Assembly (NCBI RefSeq): GCF_021869535.1
Contig: NW_026262668.1
Span: forward strand, 36,022,001-36,086,000
DNA: 64,000 nucleotides
DNA from: Mytilus californianus
Taxonomy: Eukaryota
Reading direction: 5' to 3'
The position numbers and the translations under genes are program-made. Below are positions 12,787 through 25,139 of the stretch, piece after piece. Within the stretch, counting starts at the first letter, position 1. Every line of letters begins with the position of its first letter. The notes under the pieces are model-generated. The model was not told the origin of the DNA and did no database searches. It worked only from the letters and a program-made list of their open reading frames with translations.

Positions 12787-14614
12787 GTTTGTTATTATTG
12801 ATCAAACGATTCATTCGAAATATTGGATTCAATAGTTCGACATATAATCTCAGCACAAATTTTGGTTTGAGACGAAGTTACATGAAGAGCTATTTACGAT
12901 TTCACTTTAGTGAAAACGACATGAAATTCACTAGTGGCTTTGAACAGATAAGCGAAAGGGAATATGACTTATAGTTTGTAACTTAAATAAAAAGCACCCT
13001 GAACTATGTTAGATGAAACATGATACATCTCTACATGTTCAAATATTTTAATGGTTTCCTAGTTGTAGGCCTCTATGATCAGTCGACTTTTTATTCAACA
13101 TAGGAAACAGATGACGAGCGAAAGCTAACATTGAATGATTTTTTCTACTCACTCACAAAACCAATAAAACTATAGCACGAATTGCCAAATGACCTTAACG
13201 AAAAATATCATGGTCAGCTCTGAAAACATTTGACCAACATATTTTTACCTTCAACACATCTTTGAATCAAACAAGTACTTAGTACACGTGATACCTCACT
13301 TTAATAAGTATATGTGAACGAAGGATAATAGCTGAAGTGTAAAGAAAACTGTTAGAAATTAATTTAACACCACAACAGTTTAAAGAAATTATTGAATGAC
13401 TCTGCCTGTAAAATTTATCACAGCTCAACAGTTTTACACCTCCACTAAGCTGATATAATAAGTCACAATTTTTAAGTTCGTCAGTACGAATTCGAATTGA
13501 TCGATTTTTTTTCACGTGTCATTGAATAAAACCTTATTTTCGTTTTCTTTTTTCATTTTCTTTTCACTCGATTTTGATATTATTGAAATTTAATCTTATA
13601 CGGCTAAAACCAGTAAACAATAAGATCTTATTTCAATGCGATGCAGGATATTCTTTACTTATTAGAGCATCCGACACACACTGGATTTTGATTAGAGTAA
13701 GTTAAGTACAAAGATTTAGTTTTAGTGTTCAATACTAATCCAACTCTTCTTTTTTTCGTTGCTATTTTGTCCAGTGTAATTCATTATGCATTCCCCTGTA
13801 ATTGTTATAAAATATTTTTTCTTACAAAACCCAGATTTGTAAAAATGTTTAAATGTTTTATCGTCTTTCGACTGTTAATTGTCTATTCCTTTTCTAAAAC
13901 GTTTGAGTTGTGATTAGTTTTACAGTTAAAGTCTTTTAATAATTTTTTTAAACTGTTGAAGTGCAAAATGCATTTTTTACAGTTTTTTACCTTTTGTTAC
14001 ACATTACCAAATGATCTTTCGTTCACATATACTTATTAAAGTGAGGTACACCAAAAAGTTAATTTTATCGCGTGTACTAAGTATTTGTTTGGAATTCAAA
14101 CACGTGTTAAATGTTTTCAGAGCTGACCATGATAGTTTGCGTAAAGGTCATTGAACAATTTCGCGTGCTGTAGCTTTACCGGTTGCGTGAATGTGTAGAA
14201 AATTAACTTTAATATAAACTAAAGTTTCAAAATTTGACTTGACTTGATCTTTTCACTTGTTTTCAAACACTTCATTCTTGCATCATGTTCCCAATAGCCT
14301 TTTCTCCAAACACATACAATTTTGCACGCTTGAGATAGTTCATAAACAATGGTTACAAACAAACACGTTCGACATTAGAGAAAAATGTCAAAACATGTAA
14401 AACTTGAGGATTTTTGAAAGGATTCATTACCGTTTAAGGAATGTTGAATTGACTTTTAGATGTTTTTCCCATTTTGCAGCTACTATTGCAATTTATAAGA
14501 CACATTTTCAAGAAGCTCACAGAAATCTATCAAAGACACTTATTTCGCCCTAAGAAGAAGACAAACAATCGAAATGTTACACAATATCAAACAATGGTTA
14601 TAAAACAAATCCAA

Positions 14615-14770
14615 TCCTGACTTGGTACAGGCATTTTCCAAAGAAAATGGTTGGTCAATCCTGGTTTTATAACTATCCTAACCTCCCACTTGTATGACAG
14701 TTGTTTATAGCTCCGTTATATTGACAAAATTACGTGAACAACCCAAACAGACATAATAGGTTGATGTGGC
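14615..14770 (-). mobile_element. Family C Penelope-like 3' end with degenerate twister-like motif
   Basis: Minus strand CTGTCATAC-AA-GTGG-GAGGT...CCATTTTCT..GAAAAT-G-CCTG-TACCAAG-T-CAGG; homologous to 42446-42543. Confidence 0.7.
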
Positions 14771-15484
14771 AATAATTGGGATCCAGCAACCAAAACTGTG
14801 TAAACATACATGACAGACATACAACACAACTGACTCAAAAGTGCACACGAACATACAAATAAATCTAACAAACAAGCTATCAAAGGAGGATGTTGTAGTT
14901 GATATTAATTATGACGCCAATAAAAAAGTTTTTGTAGGTGATAGTAAATTAAAAAGACGCAGATGAAAAAAGTTTTTGTAGTTGATAGTACATACCGTAT
15001 ATAGTATACACTTTTCCGATAAAGTACAAATTAGGTAAAACTATAATACAAGGATAGACAAAATGGAAACAACACTGTAAAAACATTTTCCATCCGAATC
15101 GCATTTGAGGACCCACCTGAACAAGAAAAAACATTTGAGGACCCACCTGAACAAGAAAAAAAAACGTGGGATGCATAAATACCAAGTCACGCTAAAAAAT
15201 CTTACGACCAAAAGAAACATAATAGCACAAAGACAGATAAAGGGAAAACTGTAAAATAAATAAAAAGATATACAACTTCAGCATCTAGAATCTATAACTC
15301 AAGACCCTCCTGTATTATTTGTGAAGGAGACACTGAATATTTATCTATTTGGTCTTTTGGATTTTTCGATGATTTTTTTCAGAAAAAGGACAGACGTTTT
15401 TTGTCGAAACCCTGGCTCATATTAGATTTCGTGGATTTGCCAAAGTCTGCATACTGACCTATAGAAAATGTGTACTTGATTTCG

Positions 15485-15690
15485 AGGTCGGCTCGCAGTC
15501 AGAATAATGTGTTTGAGTAGAGTGACATGTCTTCCTACGGACTGTTACCTTGTGAACTAGCATGTTAATAATCCGGCTCAGCGTGTCGGTCTAGTAAAAA
15601 GCAGGGTTTGTACTCATGTTATATTCTCATGTTCTTGTCTGGAATATGCATTTGATTTGCCACAGGATGTTAAACAACCATCCATCCATC
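15485..15690 (+). mobile_element. SINE body and 3' tail fragment (same type as 1-240)
   Basis: GGCTCGCAGTCAGAATAATGTGTTTGAGTAGAGTGACATGTC...GGATGTTAAACAACCATCCATCC. Confidence 0.65.
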
Positions 15691-16025
15691 CACCAATACA
15701 TCTATTCTTAGCGAGCACTTAGGTTTTCTATGTATTCTCAACCTTGTTGAGTACTTCGTCTATTTGATTTCGTGGATTGCTGGTGTTTAAATAAGGAGAA
15801 TCCTAAGGGCAACACATTATTTATTTGCTTAATTGTCTCATTAAGATTTTAACCGGTAGCATGATAGTATTCAACCCAATCAGTTTGGAATAAGTTTGAG
15901 TGTAATCTCAGGTTGAAGCCCAATTTCCTTGGCACAACTCTTTAAACATCTTTTCTTTAGAAAGGAGGTTAACACTCTTCTTCGTAAACTTGCAAAGAAG
16001 AAGCGACTCCTCCAACTTTGTAGCG

Positions 16026-16260
16026 GCAGGACCTCGGCGGATGAGTGGTCTAAGTAGCTTATTTACAGCGATAACTAGCCTGTCAACTAAGAGGTTGTCA
16101 GTACAAACCCAACACGTGGAGAGGGGTGCTCGACTCCGATCTTAATGAACAATGATAGCCAGTTTTCCTGCCGAAAGTTGATGGTTATCTCCGAGTTCTC
16201 TGCCAGCTTCCGTCATTATAAAACCTGGTCACTCGGATATAGCGAGTGTAGCTTATAACA
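16026..16260 (+). mobile_element. Diverged V-domain-like tRNA SINE
   Basis: Aligns by eye with 46089-46349 (CCTCGGCGG.TGAGTGGTCTAAGTAG...ACTAGCC...GAGGTTG...GGTTATCTCCGAG). Confidence 0.7.
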
Positions 16261-17639
16261 TTACACAGTTTTCTGTGTAGTTTTACTGTGAATTGTTGTC
16301 GTGTGTTCGTCTTTTTTTTAAGTAGTCTGTTTTTCTTTTACTTCCCTTACCTTAACTTGAATTAAGATGCTGTGGTCTCATTGATGTTTACTCAACATTC
16401 TTGGATTTTTTCTGAATAAGTATTAATTATTTTCTACTGGGCGTTATGAAAAAAATTAATCAATCATTGTCTTCATTTAGATCAAGTCATGCCTCGTGTT
16501 TGGATAAGTGCCATGCTCTCTATGCGTTATAGATTCCTTCCAACAATTTGGAATGTTTTTTTGCTAGGCAAATATTCTACCCGTACCCAACATAAGCTTA
16601 TGTCACAGTTGCAGTCCTAATTTTCAGTCCGAAACCACTGTCGACTCACTTCCTTATCTTACATTTGTTTACCAATTTGATGTATTGTAAATAAATGAAA
16701 ACACCACTTGAGTTTGTTCTCGTCCAAAAATGCATGCAATATTTGCTACTAGACGTCAAACAAAAATAATCAACCAATCAATCTAGAACTGCCCACTTAA
16801 AACTGAGAGTAATGTAAACTCCTTAAAAAAAATTCAGCAACACAACTTTTGACTGAAAATAAAATAAAACAAAATCTGTATTAATCTTTTAAGTTTGTGT
16901 TTCCGAAATCTTCAATCATTTAGAATTACTACAGTTATGCTGGTCAAATTTCAGACAGCTACGCTGTTCGCAAACTTTGAGGTGAGGGGTCAAAATTGGA
17001 AGTCACAATTTTAACTATTATTTACACATGGTCTAGTTAAAAAATGCCTACAATGCACAATATTGAAGAAGTGGTGAATTTGATTGTATATTTGAATACA
17101 AATGACCAGTAACTAACAATTAACATTCGCTAAAAGAATAAAGAAAATTGGGGAGACTTTTTTTACCCCCCTCCATTTCTATTATTTTTTTTCTTATAGT
17201 TTTCTTCATTAGTCTATTCAACATCCTTTGAATAGAGATGCTGTTAGTTTCAGATCATTTTGAGCATTTTCTACAAAAATAGAAACCCTCATAGTTTGAC
17301 CAATATTAATCACACTGGAAGTGTTGCAAAACTTTCTTTGAGTTGTGTATATTATATGGTGTATACATTTATAAGTGCTTGAAATTACGAATTCCGGGGC
17401 GGAAATTTCTGTTATCAAATGCTGGAGATGTAAAACATCATAAGTGTTCAGGATGATACACCATAAGTGTTCAGGATGTTGAACAAAACTATCTTATGAA
17501 GTACACTGAAATGACATTTCTAAACAAGTTTGACCTTTGTCGTCAAGAACTATATATTGGAGTTTAAGTGTTGTAGTAAGTATATATGTTGTCAATTAGT
17601 AAATAAAGCGTGAGGCATTACTTTATTGAAATGCGTTGT

Positions 17640-18567
17640 TACACAATGTTGGTTAACATTTCTGATTAAGGAATATATATCCCTCATGCATAGCTTTGAT
17701 TTTTTGACTGGATATGGATATGTTTTTGGTCTTTTTGGTTTAATCAGCTTTTGTATTAGGTTTTGAATTTCAATTATTTGCCCTAGAGCATAACTAAAGA
17801 GACATTGGTTGACGAAATGCGTATTTGGTTCAGTCTTGTGGTTCCTTAAATTTTATCACTACCACTAGGTCGATAACTCTGCAGGCGGATTGTTTGTCCC
17901 CAACACAAGCCAATTTTGCTCTGAGACAGTCATCTGAACAGCTCTTTATATAGAGACTGAACAACAAATGGTAAAGTCATCTTCAGTCTTTTAGTCAATT
18001 TTCAGACTTAATCTCTGCAGTCAATTCAATACTGTTCAGACAATTCACTTTCAGTCAATTAAGTTCTGTTCAGTCCATGTTCAGATTGCTCAGCAGATGT
18101 TATTTGCCTGTACACTCCAAAAGCATACAGAATTGTCTGAAAAGCTACTGAACAGTACTTAATTGACTCGAGCAAATTTCTCAACAGTACTGAATTTACC
18201 GCAGTGGATAAGGCTGAAAATTGACTACAAGACCATGGCTTAATAATTTATTGTTCAGACTTTTCAGATAATGTTCAGATCAAAATCACCGTTTACTAGT
18301 GCGAGGTTACCACCAACCCTATAACCAGTACATCGGTATTGGCAATGACAATACGGATATTGTTTTATTGATTAATATGCTGTGAATTTTGAAAATCGTT
18401 TTAAATTATGGAATGCATCTCCCTTGTGCATAGCTCTGATCCTCTGTCAAGTTTGGCTATACGTTTGGTCTTTCGTAGTCATTTTATCAGCTCTCCAACT
18501 TAAATTCGCTTTGGATTTTCAAATATTTTGACCTCGAGCATCAGTGAAGAGAGTATGTCTAGTCAAC
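17640..18567 (+). mobile_element. Degenerate retrozyme-like dimer interrupted by a MITE
   Basis: Decayed hammerhead motifs start at 17786 and 18536; their spacing minus the 400-bp insert is 350 nt. Confidence 0.65.
17902..18301. mobile_element. MITE with imperfect terminal inverted repeats, right end CACTA-like
   Basis: Left AATTTTGCTCTGAGACAGTCATCTGAACA versus reverse-complemented right CACTAGTAAACGGTGATTTTGATCTGAACATTATCTGAAAA. It splits the host motif TGTTTGTCCC|CGAGG. Confidence 0.55.
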
Positions 18568-19080
18568 ATTGAGTTTCAAACATTTCAGGAATATTAGTTC
18601 CAGAGTTATGCGACTAAATACTAATTTGATTTGAGTAAGTCTCAACGAGAGCATTGTACATTGAAACACACATTAATATTAAATTATTAATAGAGCTTCG
18701 GCTTAAAGATAAATTGTAAAATAACGGTATCATATAATACGTTATCATATTAATATCAGTTAACTTTTCAAAATACCTAAAACCGTTAACAGGTTTTATC
18801 AAAAAAGACACTATAAGAGACCACATCCTGTAACCACCATCATCTGACTTCTCTAAAAGACAAACAATAACGATCAATACATGGTCCAGAAAGTCTAACT
18901 TGGTGCAGGTACATAATGTAGTGGCTTATCACCAGTTTTACGTGCGCACAAACCCAAACCTCCCATATGTCTGTCGTGACCATATGTCGTAAAAGTATAA
19001 CACTTGATAAAAAAAAATACGGTGTTCAGCTACCAGGTGAATGACTACTATCTTGAACAAGGAAAGAAAATTATTTGGAT

Positions 19081-20168
19081 TTTGAGATGAAGAACAGCTA
19101 TTCCTTTGCTTTCTGTGTGTATTTTGCTGTGCATGTACTGATTTTGCGTCATGAATGGATACCCCATATCCTTTGTATTTCTATTAGAGATATGAAAAGT
19201 CTAAAGATCACATTTAGTTTTCAGCGTAAACTTTTAAATTACATTCAAACCAGCCAATGAAACGGGTTGTCGGAATAACTGACTATCGGATTAATAAACA
19301 TGTAACTTTAAATACATCTAGAAAGCAACTTATAATGTGCTTGCATCTGCTGGAAGCTAGTAAAGGTAGCCACGCCCATTTGTTTGAATAATAATGCTTA
19401 AGAAAGACAGCAATAAGAAACAACATTACTAACATGTTTCATCAAGACTCATCATAAAGTAAATTGAAATCGACATTATTTGAAAGAGACGAGCAAGTAT
19501 TTAATATTGCCAGACAATCAGCAGAATTAATCATTTCAACTGAAGTAGTTAGTGTATCCCGCCTGTAAACCTTGCTGATGAAAGATGTAAGAACTGTCCC
19601 CGAATTTAAATATTATCTTTTTCATTATTTTAGTTCTATTTACGACATCATAGTAGAAGGCATGGTGAGACATATCATTTATTAATTTTCACGATTTTTA
19701 AGACTAATATTTGTTGAATTTTTTTTTCATGGTTTTGGTTTGAAGGACTTTTTCAGCTGTTTTAGAGTCAAAAGTCATTGATAATTAACAAATTTGTTTA
19801 AGAATACAATGTAAGCTACATGTAAAAGCACATCTTATCACATAGAAAATTTAGTTAAGGTTTATTTTACAAATAAATGACATCGAATGACGGAACTAGT
19901 TTGATAGGCCTTTTGCACCAAGTGCACTTTGAGATGAAGAACAGCTATTCCTTTGCTTTTTGTGTGCATTTTGCTGTTCATGTACTGATTTTGTGTCATG
20001 GATGGATATCCCATATCCTTTGTATTTCTATTAGAGATATGAAAAGTCTAAAGATCACATTTAGTTTTCAGCGTAAACTTTTAAATTACATTCAAACCAG
20101 CCAATGAAACGGGTTTTCGGAATAACTGACTATCGGATTAATAAACATGTAACTTTAAATACATCTAG
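19081..20168. repeat. Pair of ~241-bp near-identical direct repeats (19081-19321, 19928-20168)
   Basis: Near-identical ORF-track peptides at 19075 and 19877; 606-bp unique spacer. Confidence 0.9.
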
Positions 20169-20935
20169 CTTTGAATAACGTTCTAGAATAAATTGAGAGC
20201 AAAGACAACTTTTGAATTTAACAGCAGTGTACCGATTTAATTTTTTTCGGTGTAAATCATTGAAAAAAACAAAGCAAGTAGCTTCAAATTAGTTAGACTA
20301 AAGCTCTGACGGTACCAAATTCCAACCAGAAATATTCTTTATCGTACCACATATGTTGCAGATAAACTTCAAATCCTACCATTTGTTATATCTTTAAATT
20401 TTCTCGTTCTAAATATGCCTGAAATTTTGCCACTGGACGTTAAAAAATCAACCTTATTTCGATGCACAGAATTTTTTTTTTAAATCAAGAAAACAGCGTT
20501 AGTTACGATTTATTGGCCTTTGTTTGCATGGTTACACTGATCATTAATCCGTGTTGATTATGAATCATATTTGTATTTATTTCCAAATCAATACAATTCT
20601 CAATATAGATATTGAATGTGACTGGAATTTCCACATTATCCAGATACAGTAATCGATAACAGGTTTTCCAATCATTTATTGGATTTTTGCACTTTGTTAA
20701 AAAGAGCTTCAGATGTAACTATTTCAGTCGTGGATACGATGTATAAACAAATTGCTATTTTTTTCTTTAGCTGTGTTGTCGCCTAGTGTTCGTGTTCCTT
20801 AATTATAATGTGTAGTTTTCCGAATGTTTCCAAATTTTGTTCTCTTCCTTGTTTTAAGATGTTCAAGCAAGAAGGAGAATTAAAAGGCTTAATTGAGGTT
20901 CCAACTCCCTCAAGCAAAGTTGACCTTTGGTCAAT

Positions 20936-21406
20936 TTGGTTATTCTTTTAGGCCACTTTTGATCCAATAGCTCTTCGTGTGTTTAGACAGTTATTCATCC
21001 TTGTCTTTCGATTGTAGGGTATGAGCGTTCCTGATGAAGATCAATCCAAAAAAGCGCTGTGTACGTTACAATATAAAAATAAGGAGATGTGGTATGATTG
21101 CCAATGAGACAACTATCCACTTAAGTTCAAATAAAGTGGACGTAAGCAATTAAAGGCAACCGTACGGCCTTGGTTATTCGTTTAGGCCACTTTTGATCCA
21201 ATAGCTCTTCGTGTGTTTAGACAGTTATTCATCCTTGTCTTTCGATTTGTGGGGTATGAGCGTTCCTGATGAAGATCAATCCAAAAAAGCGCTGCGTACG
21301 TTACAATATAAAAATAAGGAGATGTGGTATGATTGCCAATGAGACAACTATCCACTAAAGTTCAAATAAAGTGGATGTAAGCAATTAAAGGCAACCGTAC
21401 GGCCTT
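20936..21406. repeat. Tandem duplication of a 234-235-bp chimeric unit
   Basis: TTGGTTATTC at 20936 and 21170; CTGATGAAGA at 21031 and 21266. Confidence 0.92.
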
Positions 21407-21999
21407 CAACAATGAGAAAAACCCACACCATATAGTCGGCTATAAAAGGCCTCGACATGAAACATACGAAACAATTCAATTGAGAAAACTAACGGCCTAG
21501 TTTATAACAAAACAATTTACGAAAAACAAATAAGACAGACATGAACCAACGACAAACACTGAACTACAGGCTCCTGACTTGGGACAGTTTTATTAAGTGT
21601 TATTTTCAAATTATTTTCATGAAGTAATATTTATTGTACATTGTTGTATTTGGCATGAAATAAATCATCACGTCCGTATCTAAATTTTTGCAAAGTCGGA
21701 AATAGACACGTTGGAAAAAATACTTTTGCAAGTAATTCAATGGTCTATCTAATCGATCCTTTACACGATAAATTGAAAGAAACCACATAAAGTGTTTACC
21801 AAAATTCGTAAATGCACTTAGAAGACTCAAATGGTGGTGTTATGTAATATTTTCTTATATATTGAGTGCTATTATAAATGCATGTATAAAGAAACTAGAA
21901 TCTTAAATTTGGTAAAATAAATAATGAGCTTTAGAATAAATCATAATCTCAAATAGTATAGCCAGTGTTAAAAAATCCAACAAGATAAGTTCAGTTTGA

Positions 22000-22388
22000 A
22001 CCGTTTTGAGTTTTACTGTGCGTATTGCTGTGTGTCTGTTTATTATTCCACATTGGCTAGAGGTATAGGGGGAGGATTGAGATCTCACAAAACATGTTTA
22101 ACCCCGTCGCATTTTTGTGACTGTCCCAAGTCAGGAACCTCTGGCCTTTGTTAGTCTTGTATGTTTTTTTTTTAATTTTGGTTCATTTATATGTTTCGGA
22201 GTTGAGTGGGACGTCCATTTTCGCTGAATTAGTATACATTATTGTTTATGGGCCAGCTGAAGCCCGCCTCTGGGTGCGGGATTTTCTTGCTGTGTTGAAG
22301 ACCCACTGGTGGCCTTGGGCTGTTTTCTACTCTTTGGTCGGGTTGTTGTCTCTTTGACACATTCCCCGTTTCCATTCTCAATCTTAAT
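22000..22388 (+). mobile_element. Solo family A Penelope-like 3' end containing a twister-like motif
   Basis: Reverse-complement homolog of 11161-11520 and 59790-60230. Confidence 0.88.
22055..22146 (+). ncRNA. Twister ribozyme-like motif, type P5 (family A), three substitutions
   Basis: P5 GGCTAGAGGT/ACCTCTGGCC, P2 GGGG/CCCC, GAGG, TAA at 22099-22101, P4 loop TCCCAAG. Confidence 0.75.
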
Positions 22389-22439
22389 TTAACGTGCTCG
22401 TTAACTTATTCGTGCAATTCTTTAATTCATATTGCAATG

Positions 22440-22720
22440 AAGATTCTGAAGATTCTTTAGACTGTTCTGTAGAGGCTTATTTGTTGTTGATAATCACAAC
22501 CGTTTTATCATAACGTGTTGTGTTCAAACCACAAAAGTGGGCAAATCACAACATTTCAGCTGTCCTTCCTTAACTGCTGTTAGGATAGGTATTAAGATTT
22601 TAAAAAGAGCTCAGTAAAACCTCTGGCAGACCAAGCTGTATACCGGTGTAAAAAGACTTGTGTAGTTGTTTTGGTATCCAATAAATGAATGTGACGACAT
22701 CTTTGTCATCACTGACAATT
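22440..22720 (-). pseudogene. Decayed N-proximal part of a Penelope-like RT
   Basis: Frameshifted WIPK-LHKS-Y...RY-A-SA...ILTAVKEG-LK-CD on the minus strand. Confidence 0.65.
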
Positions 22721-23301
22721 TAAGAGGAGACAAGAAAGACTAAGACCTCTTGCTTAGGTATAGTCGTATACTAAAACTTACTACGATATTTCGTTTTTTA
22801 TCGTTAATTTTCCCCTTTAACAAGATGGTGTTTTTTTTATCCCTTCTTATGGTATGTATAATTTCCCAACTTGTCTGCAAATCCGTGTCAGTAGTGATAG
22901 CTTCGATTTCAGCGAACGTTATATCGATCTACCAAATTTATCTTTTGTTATTATAAAACACCCATGCAACCGCGCATCCCATATTGCCTGATAGGACCCG
23001 ACACTATTTTAGTGTTTCGGCAGTTAGAGCTTGCGAATTGTAAAGTCAGGAGTTTCGTTACAACTAAATTCTTTGATTAAGTATTAAGATTTTAATTTTG
23101 AAGTTAGGCTGTGGCTACATGTATAGAAATATTATCACAAACCGGATATCATGTCCTAATGTCTAGCGTGATGCTGTTTATAGAACTCGTATATAAAGAT
23201 AGGTACTAAAATTGATTTTTTTTTATCAATAAATCATAATTGTTTAATGCATCACTTAACATAAACTGCTATCTTGTCAGTAAAAAGTATGGTTCTTTAA
23301 A

Positions 23302-23480
23302 AGAGAGGCAAAAGATGCCAAAGGGACTTTCAAACTCATAAGTTGAAAATAAACTGACAACGTCATGGCTAAAAAAGAAAAAGACATACAAACAACAGTA
23401 CACAAAACACGACATAGAAAACTAACGACTGAGCAACACGAACCCCACCAAAAACTGAGGGGGGGGGGGGGGGGGGATAT
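23302..23480 (-). mobile_element. Family B 3' end truncated at a poly-G/C tract
   Basis: Homology to 9313-9480; G18 run at 23459-23476. Confidence 0.75.
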
Positions 23481-24145
23481 CAGTCGCTTTGGGATGGTAA
23501 CCTTTGGATACCTATTTTTTAGCATTGCACAAGGTCGTGCTTTTTCAGACAGTTTATGAGATCTTTACGCAATTGACTTCTATTTCAGACTTGAAAACAT
23601 GGATAATTCATTAGTTGAAATTGGGCTTAGAACTATCTTTCTGTAACTTGGAGTATTCTTAGATCAGTACTTTATGTCTTGTAATTTTTTTTAGTCTGTA
23701 AATATAAAATAAGGAGATGTGGGATGATTGCTAAAACACAACTATCCATCAGATTTCAAGTGGCGTGGTTTGTAGACTGTCACAATATAGGTAATCATCA
23801 ACAATGAGCTAAACCCACACTGTATAGCCAGCCATAAAACGGTTTTTCCTAATATTGTGCTGTCTTGTTACACCAATGTTCCAATTTAGGAGAGTGTTGA
23901 ATTCTCACAAACGAGTTTAACCCCTACACATTGTGTGTCCCCTTGGTATTCTCTGTCTCTGTAGGAACTGCCAAATATATCATAAAAAACCTTCAAGACG
24001 ATTTAATAACAGACCTCGACTATATCACATTTCATCGGATATAAATTGAATTAGGAAACATATTAATAAATGTTATTTCCTTAATAACATATATTTATAT
24101 AGTCATTCATTGTCCTTAAACTTGGCAAGTTCATCTAAAGTATCA

Positions 24146-24276
24146 ATCAGTTTTCCTACCGAAGGTGGGCGATTCTCTTCGGGCACACCGTCTTCCTCTA
24201 CCAATTAAAACATACCGCCACAAAATAGCACAATAGGGCTGAAAGTGGCGTTTAACACCAATCAATCAATCAATCA
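24146..24276 (+). mobile_element. 5'-truncated V-domain-like SINE with 13-bp TSD
   Basis: ATCTAAAGTATCA at 24133-24145 and 24277-24289; (ATCA)n tail. Confidence 0.85.
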
Positions 24277-24549
24277 ATCTAAAGTATCATTTCACCAAAA
24301 ACGTGGAGCTCAAGAGTATGTTAAATAAGAATATGTAGCCACAACATACAAATTGAAACAGGCAGATATAATAAGATCCCAAGATATGAACTTACATGCA
24401 ACTATTGCAAGAAAGGTGACATCTGAGATGAGCTGCATTTACTATTTCAATGTAGACATTACGAGAGAAAAAAATGAATAGCAAACAAAAATAGGAGAAT
24501 TAGCTGTAAAATATAATAAATTTAATATTTCTTATTTTAATAGTAAAAA

Positions 24550-24949
24550 CTAGAACACACCCGCGACATCGAGGGTCCGTGACTGAATTAAAGTATCCAT
24601 GCCTATTTTTAGCCTTGATTTTAAGTATTCGTATTGTCATTTGATAAAGTTATGCTGATTATAATGGGCACAGTTTTCTGTGCTTTCAAAATCTTTCTGT
24701 TTGAACCCGTCCTGGTTTTCTTACTACCGGAAACTACATGTGACATATACTATGGGTATCGGTATCGGATTCGACCCGGAACTTGGTAATTATTGGTAAT
24801 ATTAATTAATATGTGGAAAACAAAAGGGCCTGGAATGGTATAATTTCTAATCAACACCATTGTCCTATATTAGTTATTTATAAAGTTGATTCGTCGTTTT
24901 TACGTTATGCCGGCTAACAAATTGAACCTCGTTATTTTAGTAGTATAGA
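24550..24949 (-). mobile_element. Non-autonomous Helitron
   Basis: Minus strand starts TC (24949), ends with hairpin ACCCTCGATGTCGCGGGT and CTAG (24553-24550); inserted between A and T with no TSD. Confidence 0.85.
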
Positions 24950-25139
24950 TGCATCATTATCATAAAATACAATTCAGCCATAATTCTGAAATGAACTGTA
25001 AAATCTGTCAAGGAATGCTAACACGAGAGTGCACTTAAGCTGAAAAGGATACTGTAAACACGATATTTTGAGTACTGTTTTTATCAGTACAAACACGGTT
25101 TTTTTTCCAATACATGTAAATTAAGACCTTACTAAATAT

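Larger units (their letters stand above)
10690..14530. mobile_element. Old foldback-like element with long imperfect inverted arms
   Basis: 10690-11060 is the reverse complement of about 14220-14530 (ATAGATTTCCGTGAGCTTCTTG vs CAAGAAGCTCACAGAAATCTAT); 13135-13390 is the reverse complement of about 13925-14200. Confidence 0.7.

Noticed and set aside
15102-15160. 30-bp direct repeat CATTTGAGGACCCACCTGAACAAGAAAAA x2
   Set aside because: Ordinary slippage duplication with no further structure.
15860-16015. Possible tyrosine-recombinase (DIRS-like) relic on the minus strand
   Set aside because: Only a vague LKSCAKEIGLQP resemblance; no HSFR/RHY catalytic motif.
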